From: Macrostomum lignano
Lineage: Eukaryota
DNA: 64,000 bases
NCBI GenBank assembly: GCA_002269645.1
Contig: NIVC01000900.1
Location: 400,117 to 464,116 of the forward strand
Reading direction: 5' to 3'
The notes under the pieces are model-generated. The model was given only the letters and a program-made list of their open reading frames with translations, did not search any database and had not been told where the DNA came from. Shown here in pieces: positions 42,308-55,110 of the stretch (position 1 is its first letter; every line of letters starts with the position of its first letter). The translations under genes were made by a program, and so were the position numbers.

Positions 42308-43289
42308 CTAGAAACGGTGGTATTTGTTTGAACTAATTTGACTATAACAACCGCCAGAAGTTACCGGTTTTATGAGGATGTGTACGACTCTCGCTCTTAA
42401 TCTGTCAAAATCTCACCTTCTGTGCTGCCAAGTACTTTATATTGAGCGTTGCATCCTGACCACAACGGTAGCTTCTAGCGGTTCTTTCTTGACGATTGCT
42501 TAGAAGCTGCAGTTTAAGTGCACAAGAATGCCTTGATTTATTTTGCTTTTTGCAAGCTATTGCAATGAATGCTTTCAGTGCTTATAGTTGATATCTAATC
42601 ACCAGACAGAAGCATCTCTAGAAGTTTTATTCATTCTCTAAAAAAGTTTTTGTCAATCATTCGAAAGGCTGCAGTTTGTGAAAAAAAATAGCTACTTCAA
42701 CAGACTTATGATCAGTATATAGGGTTCAATGTAGTAAAATTCTCGCATATCCTTTTTTGACTACTTTTAGTAGAGAGCTTGCGACTTTCTTTATAATGGT
42801 AATTTCCATGAATTTATTACAAATTAATTACTATAAAATATTGCTTCCTATGATGCTAACTATAATGCTTCATCTACTTTGGTAATTTTGATAAATTCAA
42901 ACATCTTCAACAATTTGTTATACTTTTAATCCTCTGGCTGTCGCTGTAAATTCAGCTATTCTTCAATTTAAGTGACTTCCTCGTCCAGTCTAGTCAGGAA
43001 GCAGTGGGTCTGTATTTAAAATGAGAATAACAGCTTGCAGATTACAGCGTCTTAGCGTAAATGCTTTTTGCACCTCTTACTCATCAATATACGATATGGC
43101 ACGGCTTATCGTCTTCGATTTTGCTATAATTTGCTATAGTGTGCTTTGTGTTCGAGTAAAACTTTGAGACTTTGGATGCTAAAATTCTTTTATGCTATTA
43201 TCTAGCAGAGATTCTCGATTTGGTTCAGACGGCTGACACAAACAAAAACAATGGTTGAAGCTGACACCCGTGGTGCTGGCGCCCATGGT

Positions 43290-43920
43290 GCTCTGGCGCC
43301 CCTGGTGTTGGGCGCCCCTTGGTGCTGGCGGCCCTGATGCTAAAGCCTCCTGGTGCTAAAGCCCCTGGTGCTAAAGCCCCTGGTGCTAAAGCCCCTGGTG
43401 CTGAGGCCCCTGGTGCTGAGGCCCCTGGTGCTAAAGCCCCTGGTGTTAAAGCCCCTGGTGCTGAGGCCCCTGGTGCTAAAGCCCCTGGTGTTAAAGCCCC
43501 TGGTGCTGAGGCCCCTGGTGCTGAGGCCCCTGGTGCTAAAGCCCCTGGTGTTAAAGCCCCTGGTGCTGAGGCCCCTGGTGCTAAAGCCCCTGGTGTTAAA
43601 GCCCCTGGTGCTAAAGCCCCTGGTGTTAAAACCCCTGGTGCTGAGGCCCCTGGTGCTGAGGCCCCTGGTGCTGAGGCCCCTGGTGCTAAAGCCCCTGGTG
43701 TTAAAGCCCCTGGTGCTGAGCCCCCTGGTGCTAAAGCCCCTGGTGTTAAAGCCCCTGGTGCTGAGGCCCCTGGTGCTAAAGCATCCTGGTGTTAAAGTCC
43801 CTGGTGCTGAGGCCCCTGGTGCTAAAGCATCCTGGTGTTAAAGTCCCTGGTGCTGAGGCCCCTGGTGCTAAAGCCCCTGGTGTTAAAGCCCCTGGTGCTG
43901 AGGCCACTGGTGCTAAAGCT
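43290..43920. repeat. 15-bp minisatellite gcccctggtgctaaa (variants ...gag, ...gttaaa)
   Basis: Tandem array; source of the spurious KAPGA/KPLVL ORFs. Confidence 0.95.
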
Positions 43921-45058
43921 CCTGTTCTTGTCTCTGACTGTGACGCATGGTAAAGGCTGAATTAAACCTTCTAACGACTGGCTTACAGTGACCAGCATCA
44001 AAGAATTCCTGACTCAATTTTTAGCAGCTCTAGATAGCTATAGAAGTCTCTGCATAGCTACTATCTAGAGTACTCGAGAAATTGTATTTTTCTGGCACAG
44101 ACTTTCTATTGGACGGAACCCCATTTCCTTAGCAGCCTCTAGCAGCCTTGCGAAAAGTTAAAGGATTAATTAATTTACTTGTGGCCGGGAAAATTTGAAC
44201 GTGAATTTAAACTAAAAGATTGTTTGTTTGAATTCAAATAATCAAGCGGCCAGTGGCCCAGGCTCGATTCCAACTGCAGTCACATACGCTCGTACGTTAG
44301 TTATCGTACATTTGTGGCTAAATCGGAATCTCGGCTTGGCTCTGCTCGTGCAATAAGCCGCTGTAACTCCTGTGTGAGTGTTTGCCTGTGCGTAGCTATG
44401 GCTGCGTACGTATCCGCGCGCTTGTGTGCCTGCTCAGGGGAGTCGGCGGAATGGGCATGCAGTAATTCGACCTTCGCCGGTTGTATGACAATTATTAATT
44501 TTGTTAAATCAATTCCTTCAAAATGTGCTTATTTTAATAAGATTATTGTCTATTTCCACTCGCAGCAACTAACAACTTACTACAACTCACTAGTAGCTTC
44601 GATTCGTCATAAAATTACTGAGGTGTCCATGTGACCAAGAATAAATTACTGAACAACATAAAAAACTAAAATAGCCTGTAGAAACGATTCAGTAAAAATA
44701 CGAACAGGATATAGAAAATTGTTATAAAATGTTTATAAGATAAAAAGAAACATTAGGGTATAAGTGTAGGCATAAGAGTGATTCACCACAATAGCAGCTA
44801 GTGGCTAAAAATGTGTCTAACAATTAACAAATATAGGCTCCACAACGAATCAAATTAAAGAGAAACTTTTTTTTCAATTCTAATAAACTTCTTGATCGGG
44901 GGAAGTACTTCCCAGGGTCTGCATATTAGGTTTCGACTTGAAAATACGTATTGCTAAATTGACAATTTAAAGTTTGCGACCAATTAACGACTTGGTGCGA
45001 AGTTAAATTTAATTTTGAATAGTGAAGTTCTGCCCAAAGCTGCGCTTGGAGGTGCAGC

Positions 45059-46310
45059 TCAGTGAGTTGCGAACGGAGTCAGCAGATACCCAAGAAAGAT
45101 GACAACGATGGCAACGCTGCCAACCAAAGCCATCAGCCTCTCCAGGGCCAGCGCCGCCACCACCCAGTCGGAGCGGCTCGGTCCATGAACGCCCTCGACA
45201 CCGACGTCCACCTTCGAGTCGCTGGTGGAGGTGCACAGCAGGCGTCCCAGGCAGGTCACGAACACGAGACGGAGACACGGCGGCATCGGCTGGGTGTCCG
45301 CAGCGAAGTGGAATCGAATCACGACCGACGTGAGCAGCAGGGACAGCGACGACAGCACCATGGCCGCCGTGATGAAGGACGCCACGACCGGCATTGATTG
45401 CGACTTAGGCAGCAGGCCGTCCAGCAGCAGCAGGAACACCGTGTAGCTCAGCATGATGGTGATGCCAAAGCCCAGCTTCTCTCCGGACTCGACTGGCACG
45501 ATGAAGATCAGCAACTGGAGCAGCGTTAGCAGCAGCAGGGGAGCCACCACGTTCAGTAGATAGTAGTTGGACACGCGCTCGACAGTCATGCGAATAACGT
45601 AGCTTGGCAGCGGCAACTTTGGCTGGCCCTTGAGCATCTCGTAGTACCTCAGATGCACGAATGTGCTCAGATTCAATAGTCTCCACTCGCTATTAACGAC
45701 GTAAATCGCCAGCTCATTGTTCATTGGGTTGCCAATGGCAGGCTGGAGAAGATGGTGACCCCGACCTTGGTCGCTGCAGAACAGTTCCATGTGAGACGTG
45801 CTTGTCGAATGGAAATAGCCTCATGTCGAATTTGCAGGAGAACTCCCATTCCTGCTTCCAGGTTGTCTCTGCAACTGTTGCCCTGGGCGAACTGGAAGTG
45901 AGGATTATGGGAAACTGCGGCTTGAGCAGCTGGTTGTCGCCTACGCCATTGTAAATGAGAATCACGGGGAACCAGATTTGACTGGAGTCCCAGTCCATGA
46001 CAGTCACGTTTCCAAAATCGGCCGGATCCCAGACCAGCCGCTCCTCGGTCCAGCCAGCCTGAAGGTAAGCGGATATCTTGACAGTCTGCTTAGCGCTGTC
46101 CACAGCTACAATTTGGCTGAGCAGAAAGGTGAAATTGAATAGCATCACCTGGTCCGGGTCCAACACTGGCCGAACTATCGGACTGTAGTCCGTGATGTTG
46201 TTCTTCAGATACTTCATCAATTCTATTTGATAATCTCTCTTGGAATGAACAGATTGATTGAGTATTACCATGGTAACAGAAAGTATTAACCAAAATCGGC
46301 TGTGCGACAT
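45059..46310 (-). pseudogene. Intronless Cys-loop ligand-gated ion channel subunit (nAChR-like, non-alpha), one frameshift; about 417 aa if corrected
   Basis: Signal peptide, RPV, W.D..L.WDP..F, IWFPVILIYN, Cys-loop CKFDMRLFPFD, then a frame change near 45791. M1 YYLLNVVAP, M2 SGEKLGFGITIMLSYTVFLLLL, M3, short loop, M4. Confidence 0.88.
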
Positions 46311-46621
46311 AACTCAATAACGATTTTGTGTGGTGTGTGCTCAAAAATCGGAGGATGGCTATAATTAATTGTTCCCGTTCAGCTTGAGCAGGATGTTAAC
46401 TTTACATGGACTGGAGATATATACCCACTCTAAAACTGAAAATAGGGGTCTGTTCCGTCTCAGCCAATCAAATTGAGAGTTCAACGTTCTAACAAAAGTA
46501 TACTTTGTTAGAATTGCAGCATCGATCTATTTGTTAGAACGCTCTGCATGACAACATACGCTCGTATTTCTGTGCGCAGGCTTTTCATTCTGAACAAAGA
46601 TTAGAACGGATATTGAGAGGG

Positions 46622-47310
46622 CCAAGGGGTTTTAGCACCAAGGGGCTTTAACACCAAGGGGCTTTAGCACCAAGGGGCTTTAGCACCAAGGGGCTTTAGC
46701 ACCAAGGGGCTTTAGCACCAAGGGGCTTTAGCACCAAGGGGCTTTAGCACCAAGGGGCTTTAGCACCAAGGGGCTTTAGCACCAAGGGGCTTTAGCACCA
46801 AGGGGCTTTAGCACCAAGGGGCTTTAGCACCAAGGGGCTTTAGCACCAAGGGGCTTTAGCACCAAGGGGCTTTAGCACCAAGGGGCTTTAGCACCAAGGG
46901 GCTTTAGCACCAAGGGGCTTTAGCACCAAGGGGCTTTAGCACCAAGGGGCTTTAGCACCAAGGGGCTTTAGCACCAAGGGGCTTTAGCACCAAGGGGCTT
47001 TAGCACCAAGGGGCTTTAGCACCAAGGGGCTTTAGCACCAAGGGGCTTTAGCACCAAGGGGCTTTAGCACCAAGGGGCTTTAGCACCAAGGGGCTTTAGC
47101 ACCAAGGGGCTTTAGCACCAAGGGGCTTTAGCACCAAGGGGCTTTAGCACCAAGGGGCTTTAGCACCAAGGGGCTTTAGCACCAAGGGGCTTTAGCACCA
47201 AGGGGCTTTAGCACCAAGGGGCTTTAGCACCAAGGGGCTTTAGCACCAAGGGGCTTTAGCACCAAGGGGCTTTAGCACCAAGGGGCTTGAGCACCAAGGG
47301 GCTTTAGCAG
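46622..47310. repeat. 16-bp minisatellite ggggctttagcaccaa
   Basis: Highly homogeneous array; its reverse complement gccccttggtgctaaa differs by one base from the 43290 unit. Confidence 0.97.
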
Positions 47311-47834
47311 ATGCATCGCATACATGTACATTACAAAGTTTTTTCAGAATTCTTCAGAATTTACCTCTCCTCCTAGTTTTAACTGTATGTAGGCTCCTAT
47401 ATCCTTGTTTACTAGGTAAATACTTCGAGCACTTGACTAAGAAACTTCCTTTCAGTTTACCTTTGGTAAACAAGAGAACTGAAAACCTGTTGCACAGCTG
47501 TCTAAACAGTGGTTAGCTGCAGCTACAGTATTTGCAAGGAATCACTTCTTTATTTAACATTTGAAGAGACCCCCTCAAAATTTCCTAAAGAATTTTCACT
47601 GCTGAAACAGTGCATCAATTTTTCATAAATTGCTTGACTTTCGCTATAGGTTCTCAGTACAATGTTCAGCACTCATGCGTCAATCTAACGGTTCAAACAT
47701 GTAGGTTAATTAGCATGGTTGCATAACCATGCATAATCAATTTACGGGGAAAGATCATTATAGTAGCTATAGTTTGTTAATTTTTTAAGTAAGTCATACA
47801 TGCAATTGTACCGAAATACAGGTGCACTCTTCTA

Positions 47835-50437
47835 CCCAGTGAAAAAAATGATATGGATTCCATGTGGATTTTTCATATGAAATCCATATGTGCATTTGTC
47901 TCCGTCCATCCATGTGGAATCAAGATATGGATTCCACATGGAAGATCCACATGGAAGTAATTATGTATTTCACATAGAATCCACATTGTCATTGAGCAAG
48001 CAGCCATTATACTGGTTGCCATAATAAATTGTTGCATCCTAAATCTCAAAATAATACCAGATCTCAAAATTTCATACGAACCCCAGATCTCAATACCATA
48101 TAAAAGAAACTGAAACACAGATAAAAACACTAGCTATAGCCAAAAATATTTCTGCACAAAAATATATTCAAAAAGGATGTCTCAATAAGTAAGGTGTATT
48201 TATGTACAGTAGTGAGTCACTGGCACACAAAGAATAAACACACTGATGTAGATATTGATATCTTGAGTTGCGCTATGCATATGATTTAATATATAATTTG
48301 AAATTGACATTGTCAATAGCATTAATTAATTAACAATAATATAATGAACCAGAATTAGAACAGTCAGAAACATGCTGCTGCCAATTTCCAGAATGCTGCT
48401 TCTTCAGGTCAGGTGAGCAACCTTAGAAAAGAAAGGGGTTAAATTACAGAATTTTATAACAGATTGATGACAAATATTGTAATAGATTTTGATCTTATAA
48501 CAGATTTTGATGACAGAAAAAAATCAGTTTATAACTAAAACTTACCATTGCTTCACAAAAGGTAGCATTCTAGATATTAAATTCAAATTCCAAGTAGCTT
48601 TGCATGCTTCTTCAAAAGCAAGACCAAGGTGACATCCAAGTTTGAGGATGGGCCATGTAATGTTAGGCTGAAATGAAATAGAAAAATAATTGTTGCCAAT
48701 TAAGATTGATAGATTATATTGATATAATTCATACAACTAATTTAAGGATGAATACTTAATAAAGTTTATTTTAAAATTAACTAGGCCTAGGCCTAAGTCC
48801 TAGGTTTATTTTTTATGCGCAAAATATGCATATGCACCCTAAATTTTAAAATCCCACCTTATAAATTGAAATTAAAAAGTGGATACAGTTTAGGTGTGAT
48901 CTCATTACCTATTTTTTTGTTGAAGCCTTTTTTGCACTGCCTTTATATAAGAAAAAAGAGAAACTGCATTCTAAGCCTTAAAATTATAAAACCCTGAAAG
49001 TAAGCATAAGGTATGATTTTGCACCTTGTCTCTAGCAAAAAAGAAAACTCTACCTAAGTCAATCAATAAAATTACCAAAAAATAATAAGTACAAAAAGAA
49101 TTAATAAATGTTTCTATAAATTTAATTTTTTATTTAAAAATTGATTTTAGACTATAAAGTATTTAGGCAAAGCAATGCATGTTTTTTATATTTGCTGGCC
49201 TAGTATGATTAAACATTAGGCCTAAGCGGCCTAAGCCTAAATAGCTATGCCCTATGGCTATTAAATTCTGGTCTTGGCCTAAATCAGATCAAATTTACAA
49301 TAATTTAATACTTATTTATAATAGCAACCTTAGGGGTCTACTAGGCTAGCTATGCCAAAAGCAAGTTGCAAGTGTAATTGCAAAGAATTATTTATTATAA
49401 TTAATAATATCCATATACTAAAAATGAAAATCTTGCTTGTTTGTATGCAATTGATTAGAGAAAAATTGTTTTTTAAAAATGCAACAAGTCCAAAAGATGC
49501 TAACAGGCTTTTTTGAAGAAAATCATAAATTAATAGATTTTTAACAGACTAACTAGATTGACTAGTCACAATTCACAAAGTCAAGCTAGTCCTAACCTTA
49601 ATTAAAATAGAAGGACCTAAATTTTAGGCTAAATTGATAGTTATAGGCCTAGCTTAAAATAGGCCTAATAAGCATACATATAAATAGATAGGTAGGACTA
49701 AGAGGAAATTATGAACTTCTAAAGGCCTATTTAAGTTAAAAAATGAGTAGCCAATCTATGGACATGGCCATGGGATTCCTAGAAATTGGATAGGCCTAAA
49801 TAAATTTATCATGGTCATGGATTTTACCAAAAGTATTAGGCCTATCTATGATAAAATACTGATTTATCTAATTTCTAATCCCATGGAGGCCATGGCCTTA
49901 TAAGTTATTGCCTATAGGCTAGGTCTACTAAAATTTTTAAGGTGCTTAAATAGCCATAAACAAGGCAATTTATGTTTCAAGGCCTTGAACCAAGACATTG
50001 ACAAATATAAAATAAAATTAATTTCATTTTAAAAAGCACGAAACGTTTTTTATTGTTTACTTCTATTTTGTCTATTTTAACAAACAGTGTCTTATTGTCC
50101 GATTATAATTTAGCTTTCAGATATTAATTTTTACTTAAAAGCATATAAATATAATAATTTATTATAGTAATTTCATAAAAACGTCTGAATGTGGTGTATC
50201 ACAGTTTTTTATCGAAGTGGATTCCATGTTGAATCAATATACGCTTATTTCTCTTGAATTCCTTGTAAAATCCACATCAACATTAGGACAGTAAAAATAA
50301 AAAAATAATGCATAAAAAATACTTTGCATACCATTATGTCATCTTTAAGTCATTAATTTGCAAAAATTAAAGAAACATTTAAATTCCACATGGCCACGTG
50401 GAACCCACGTGGAATCCATAAATCATTTTTCACTGGG
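47835..50437. mobile_element. AT-rich non-autonomous TIR DNA transposon
   Basis: TA-cccagtgaaaaaaatgatatggattccatgtgg versus ccacgtggaatccataaatcatttttcactggg-TA. Subterminal ggattccac repeats at both ends. No transposase ORF seen. Confidence 0.8.
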
Positions 50438-50689
50438 TAATTGTATGGAATCTGTAGCTACTAAATTGTTTGATCATCACTTAATTAATTAGTAATTTGT
50501 TTGAGTAGAAAGTGTCCGCGGGCTGTGACGTAACTCCATACGCCAGAATTGACCATCCTCAGCAGCATTCCATCTTTTACCGACCGTCACACCAGTCTAT
50601 CCCGGCAGACTGCGGCACAATAATCAGGCAGTTGATCTACCCGCTTTCTGGACACCTTCGCCTACGTGGAGGGAAGCCGACTCCCGCCT

Positions 50690-51190
50690 GCCGATATGGT
50701 TAAGCACGATCGCACAGTGCATCGAATCGACACCAGCAACCAACAAACGGCCTACACGCCAGAGCCCATGCACCAGCAGCTGCAGCTGGAGAAGAATTCC
50801 AATAGCTGATCGACGCCGGCTATATTTGACTATCCAAGAACTCGTGGGCATCATGTACCACTCCACATGGTACCAAAGAAGTCGGACAGCAGACAAAACG
50901 GGAAAATGGCGCGACCATGTGGCGACTACCGCGCCCTTAACAAGATAGCTACACTACCCATGCAGTACTGCAAATAGAGCTTCACTCGCCATATTTGCAC
51001 TGCTCAACGCGACCTCAAGAAAACTGGTCTAAAGTCCTGGTGCGAGCATCTACATGTAATCACAATTGCTGATTCCAAGGACAGTAATCAACACACCTTT
51101 ACGGTCTTTTTAAGTACATGCATCTAATAGACTCGATATGTCCTTGGGCTCCGAAATGACGCAAAAGTTTTTCAGCGTTTCATCGACTCA
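50690..51190 (+). mobile_element. Decayed Ty3/gypsy reverse transcriptase fragment
   Basis: LHMVPKKSDS...RPCGDYRALNK, and a degenerate GLRN..Q.FQRFID segment near 51145-51190; multiple stops. Confidence 0.8.
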
Positions 51191-52268
51191 TTATTACATT
51201 ACCTGAGGACTGCACTGCCTGCCATGCATGTTCAGTATGGCCGGTTCGCCGTTACCTCTCGATGACCCGGCCCTCTTGCATATGGTTTACTCAAAAGTCC
51301 GAGGAAGAATTTACCTTCAGCAGCTCGAGGCTGTACTATTGTAGTGAGCTGAAATGAATGAGATATTAATTAGGCGGTTGTTCTTCGGGTTAGCGTTTGT
51401 TCAACAGCTTTACGCATGGAAAAGCTACTGATCAATTACGAGTACAATGTCGGGGATGCGCTAGCTGCTATACATGCTTTATAATAATTTCATAGAAAAT
51501 TCTAGAGTTCGGGAGTATTCGGGAAGCATGTGCGCGGAGTTTACATTGCCCAATTTAAAATGTCTTTTATACGGAAATTTCTAGAAAGGTGGATACGCGT
51601 AACTACATAACTACATAACGCGTAACGTGTTAGTGTTTTTAATATATGTATAGTAGTAAAAATTGATGCGTTTGTATAAATCAGTCATGACACAATATAG
51701 AAATTACGAAAGCACTAAAGTAATAATAATTTCACGTGTCGCCGTTTCAGGTGTAGCCTGCATAAGACTTAAGAGTCAATAACTTAAGTAAATGTTATTG
51801 ACTTAATGTGTACCTAAATGTACCTAAATGTGTACAGGCAGATTAAACATAACTCAAAAATTTATTTGAGTTTCGGAAACTCAAATTATTATTTGAGCTT
51901 CGGAAAAAAACATAATTAAGTTTTAACTTTCATATTAGCTTTAAATTTGTTTTCGCTACACAATTTAGCCTTATGATTAAGAGAAACATTCTGAGCACTA
52001 GCAAAACTTAAAGATTTGTTAATACTAGTGAAAACATTTAAAGTCTGTTGTTTGTTTTTTACTTACGCTGAGATCTCATCATCGTGTCAAACCTAATTGA
52101 TTGCAGTGATCGTGACGGACACCGCTTGTGTAGTTTTGCCACTGTTCTGTTTCTTATTAAGTGTCGTCTGTATCGACCCTTGACTTAAAATAAAATTTGT
52201 GTTTAACAATTAGCAGTATTTATTTGTGGTAGTTGAAAAAATTCGAATTCTTGAGTCTTGACTTTGTC

Positions 52269-52431
52269 ATGGGCAAAGGCTCTATTAAATTTGATCCAAA
52301 AAAGTTTCAACAGAAGTTGCTAACACTCGTCAATGATAAAGATAGCATTTATGGACTGACAACAGCATTTTTTAACCACAAAGATTATGCACAGCAGACT
52401 GTAAAAATATGGATCAGTGCTTTTGAAAGTG
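52269..52431 (+). CDS. Candidate first coding exon of a CID (RNA Pol II CTD-interacting domain, RPRD-like) protein
   Basis: MGKGSIKFDPKKFQQKLLTLVNDKDSIYGLTTAFFNHKDYAQQTVKIWISAFES followed by a g|gtaagg donor. Resembles RPRD1 FSE..LEKKL..L.NSQQSVQTLS.W..HHRKHA..IV.VW. No downstream exon found. Confidence 0.45.
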
Positions 52432-52778
52432 GTAAGGCATTTCATTTTTTTCTTAGGAAACTTGCAAAGTTGATGGTATGAATTAGCCTTTTCACGAAGT
52501 CTACTCCGGAATCGGAGTAAATTCCGATTCCAGAACCAGATTTGCTAGGAAAATGAAAAGCATCGAGTAAATTTTATTTTTTGTCAAAAATTATTTAACA
52601 TTTTTAATATTTATTTTTTCTAAGTTACATATTTTTTTACCTTTTTTAGTCATTTGCTGAAACCCATACGCTCAACATTTTATTAAAATGACTTGCTTAA
52701 AAATTTAAATCTCCAAGGCCTTGCAATCACGTCTGATATTAACTGCTCTGCACGTGTGCACATTATACAAGATTTGAA

Positions 52779-54453
52779 ATGACGCAAAGACAGTCTTATT
52801 CATTTTTAAAAGGCAATATTGTTGTGACTATTGAGGCTGCTTCTGAAGGAGATGCACTGCAGTTTTTTACGCTTTGCGAGTTTTCGCACGATGAAGGTCA
52901 AACTACTATTAAGCAACCAAATGCTAATTTAGCTTTTGGGCGAATCACCAGTGCTATCTATCTGCAAGCATCGGAGCCTTCTGTTGCCGGAACTACAAAT
53001 TCTCAAGCTAACAAAGAGGACGTCACGGCCGAGTCTTATCAGCAGGACAAAAAGAATGCCAAGGAATTAAACGAAAGAAAGGAAACTAAGTGTTTCCTAA
53101 ACTGCACCATCAAACAAAAAAAAGATTTTGATAGCAAAGTTACAAAGAAGAAAGTGTTATGGAAACGAATCGAAGCTGATATGAAAGCAGAAGGATTTGG
53201 TCTAACTTCTGAGCAGTGTGAAAACAAGTACAAGGCTTTAAAGAGGAAGTTTTCTAATTTTAAGCTGCAGCAGGCAAAATCTGGTGCTGGAAAAAAAGAC
53301 ATAGATTTTGAAGAAGAACTCCAAGAACTGTTTGGAAGTCATGCAGAAGTGATGCCAACATTTCTTCTCACTGCTAATGCATGCCACAGGCCTCAAATGA
53401 AGATTTCTACAGCTGGACCAGAAGAAAGCATGCAGCAAGAGATAGGCCTAGAAGAACCTCAGGCTAAGGCTACAACAGCAAGAAAGTCCATGACCAGAAG
53501 TCCAAGCAGGTAAGTAGAATGCTAATGCATTCTACTAATGCTAATGCATTCTACTGCATTCTAATGCAATTTTGTCCTAGAAGCCCCCTCATGCATTCTA
53601 CTCAAGTACGAAAGTCCAAACAAGGCCACCAAGAAGCTAACATCAGAACATTTATGCGTAGAGCTCGAACGGGATCCCGATCCCGATCTCGAATTCTCGG
53701 GATCCCGAAGATTTTTCGGGAATTCGGGATCAGGATCCCGAAGGCTTAGAGAACTCGGGATTCGGGAGCACAATAGATTGATAATGAAGATGATGCTTTC
53801 AACAATCAAGAGCAGTAATCAATACTAAGCTAATTTTTGTAACAGCAACTATAAATACGTTGAAAGTCTGATCTTGAATTCACCAAATAAAGCAGCAGAT
53901 TTTTACTTAGTAACAGATTTGTAAAGAGTTGTACTCGTAAATAACGAACTAACAAGTATGAGGCTTTTCACGAAGCGATTCGAGTTTGAGGCTTTTCACG
54001 AAGCGATTCGAGTTTGAGGCTTTTCACGAAGCGATTCGAGTTTGAGGCTTTTCACGAAGCAATTCGAGTTTGAGGCTTTTCACGAAGCGATTCCAGAACC
54101 AGAATTTTACAAGAAAAAAGCAGTATAACTAATGCAATTCAATATTACATTAATGCAGAACAGTCGCCTTTTGTGCGATTTTTAGCCAAGTAAGTAATAT
54201 ATTCCCAGATCCCGGATTCCCGAATACTAATCCCGAATCCCGATCCCAAAATTATTTTCAATCCCGATCCCGCCCGATCCCGAAAATTCTGCTCCCGTTC
54301 GAGCTCTATTTATGCGAGACCATCATTTCAAAGTTGGACCAGGCCAGTAAAGAACGGGAAGAAATGAAACAGATGCTACAAAAACAGCATGAAGAAAGAA
54401 TGGAAAGGCAGGACAAATTCCTAGAGCTCTTTGCCAAAAGTTTGGACAAATAA
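52779..54453 (+). pseudogene. Harbinger Myb/SANT-like (trihelix) DNA-binding protein, second exon interrupted by a hAT MITE
   Basis: ETKCFLNC...KKKVLWKRIEADMKAEGFGLTSEQCENKYKALKRKF...FEEELQELFG, donor ag|gtaagt near 53510. Removing 53659-54308 joins KLTSEHLC to ETIISKLD...FLELFAKSLDK*. Confidence 0.82.
53659..54308. mobile_element. hAT-like MITE (650 bp)
   Basis: TIR tagagctcgaacggga...tcccgttcgagctcta; 8-bp TSD tttatgcg at 53651-53658 and 54309-54316; gatccc subterminal repeats. Confidence 0.92.
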
Positions 54454-55110
54454 CTGCTTTGATAATTGTAACTGCTTTTCTTTACCATGTATATTAAATT
54501 CAGTTTTAGTTTTATTAATATGATATTGTAGTTATGAAAAATGCATAATTAATAATAATAAGTAAAAAATCACAAAATGTGATGAGTAAGCACCTTTAAA
54601 AAGGAAGGAAAAGATGATACATTAATAGCAAAAAGGGTAATTATCATATTAAAAAAATTACAAGATGAATGAATGAATGATAATACCTTAAAAGCATTAA
54701 TTGATAATTAATAACATTAAGTGTAAAGCCTCAAATTATTATTTTACCATGGCATAACAAAACTTGATTATAAATTTGTTGAAAAAGCTTAAAATATTGT
54801 TTGTATTTTTTTTCAAAAACTCAGTTTTCTTTTTGTCATTTCAATATTAATCAAACTTACATTTATTCTTGCACATGTTTTTTGTAAAAAATATACTACC
54901 TACTTGCTAATCGCTATACTAAATAAAATGCTTCAAACTGCTTGTTTTATACAGCTTTAAATTGAAAAAGTTTCATAATTTTTTTACAATAAATAATATG
55001 ACACACAAAAGTTGATAAATTGGAAGTTGCAACTGATTCATTAGCACTTATTAAAAAATCAATAAATAGCAATGAATACTTAACTACAGTATTCAAATAG
55101 AGTACAGAAG

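Noticed and set aside
43319-43841. KAPGA-repeat protein
   Set aside because: 15-bp minisatellite with no unique coding flanks or splice support.
46622-47310. Interstitial telomeric repeat
   Set aside because: The 16-bp unit contains no TTAGGG.
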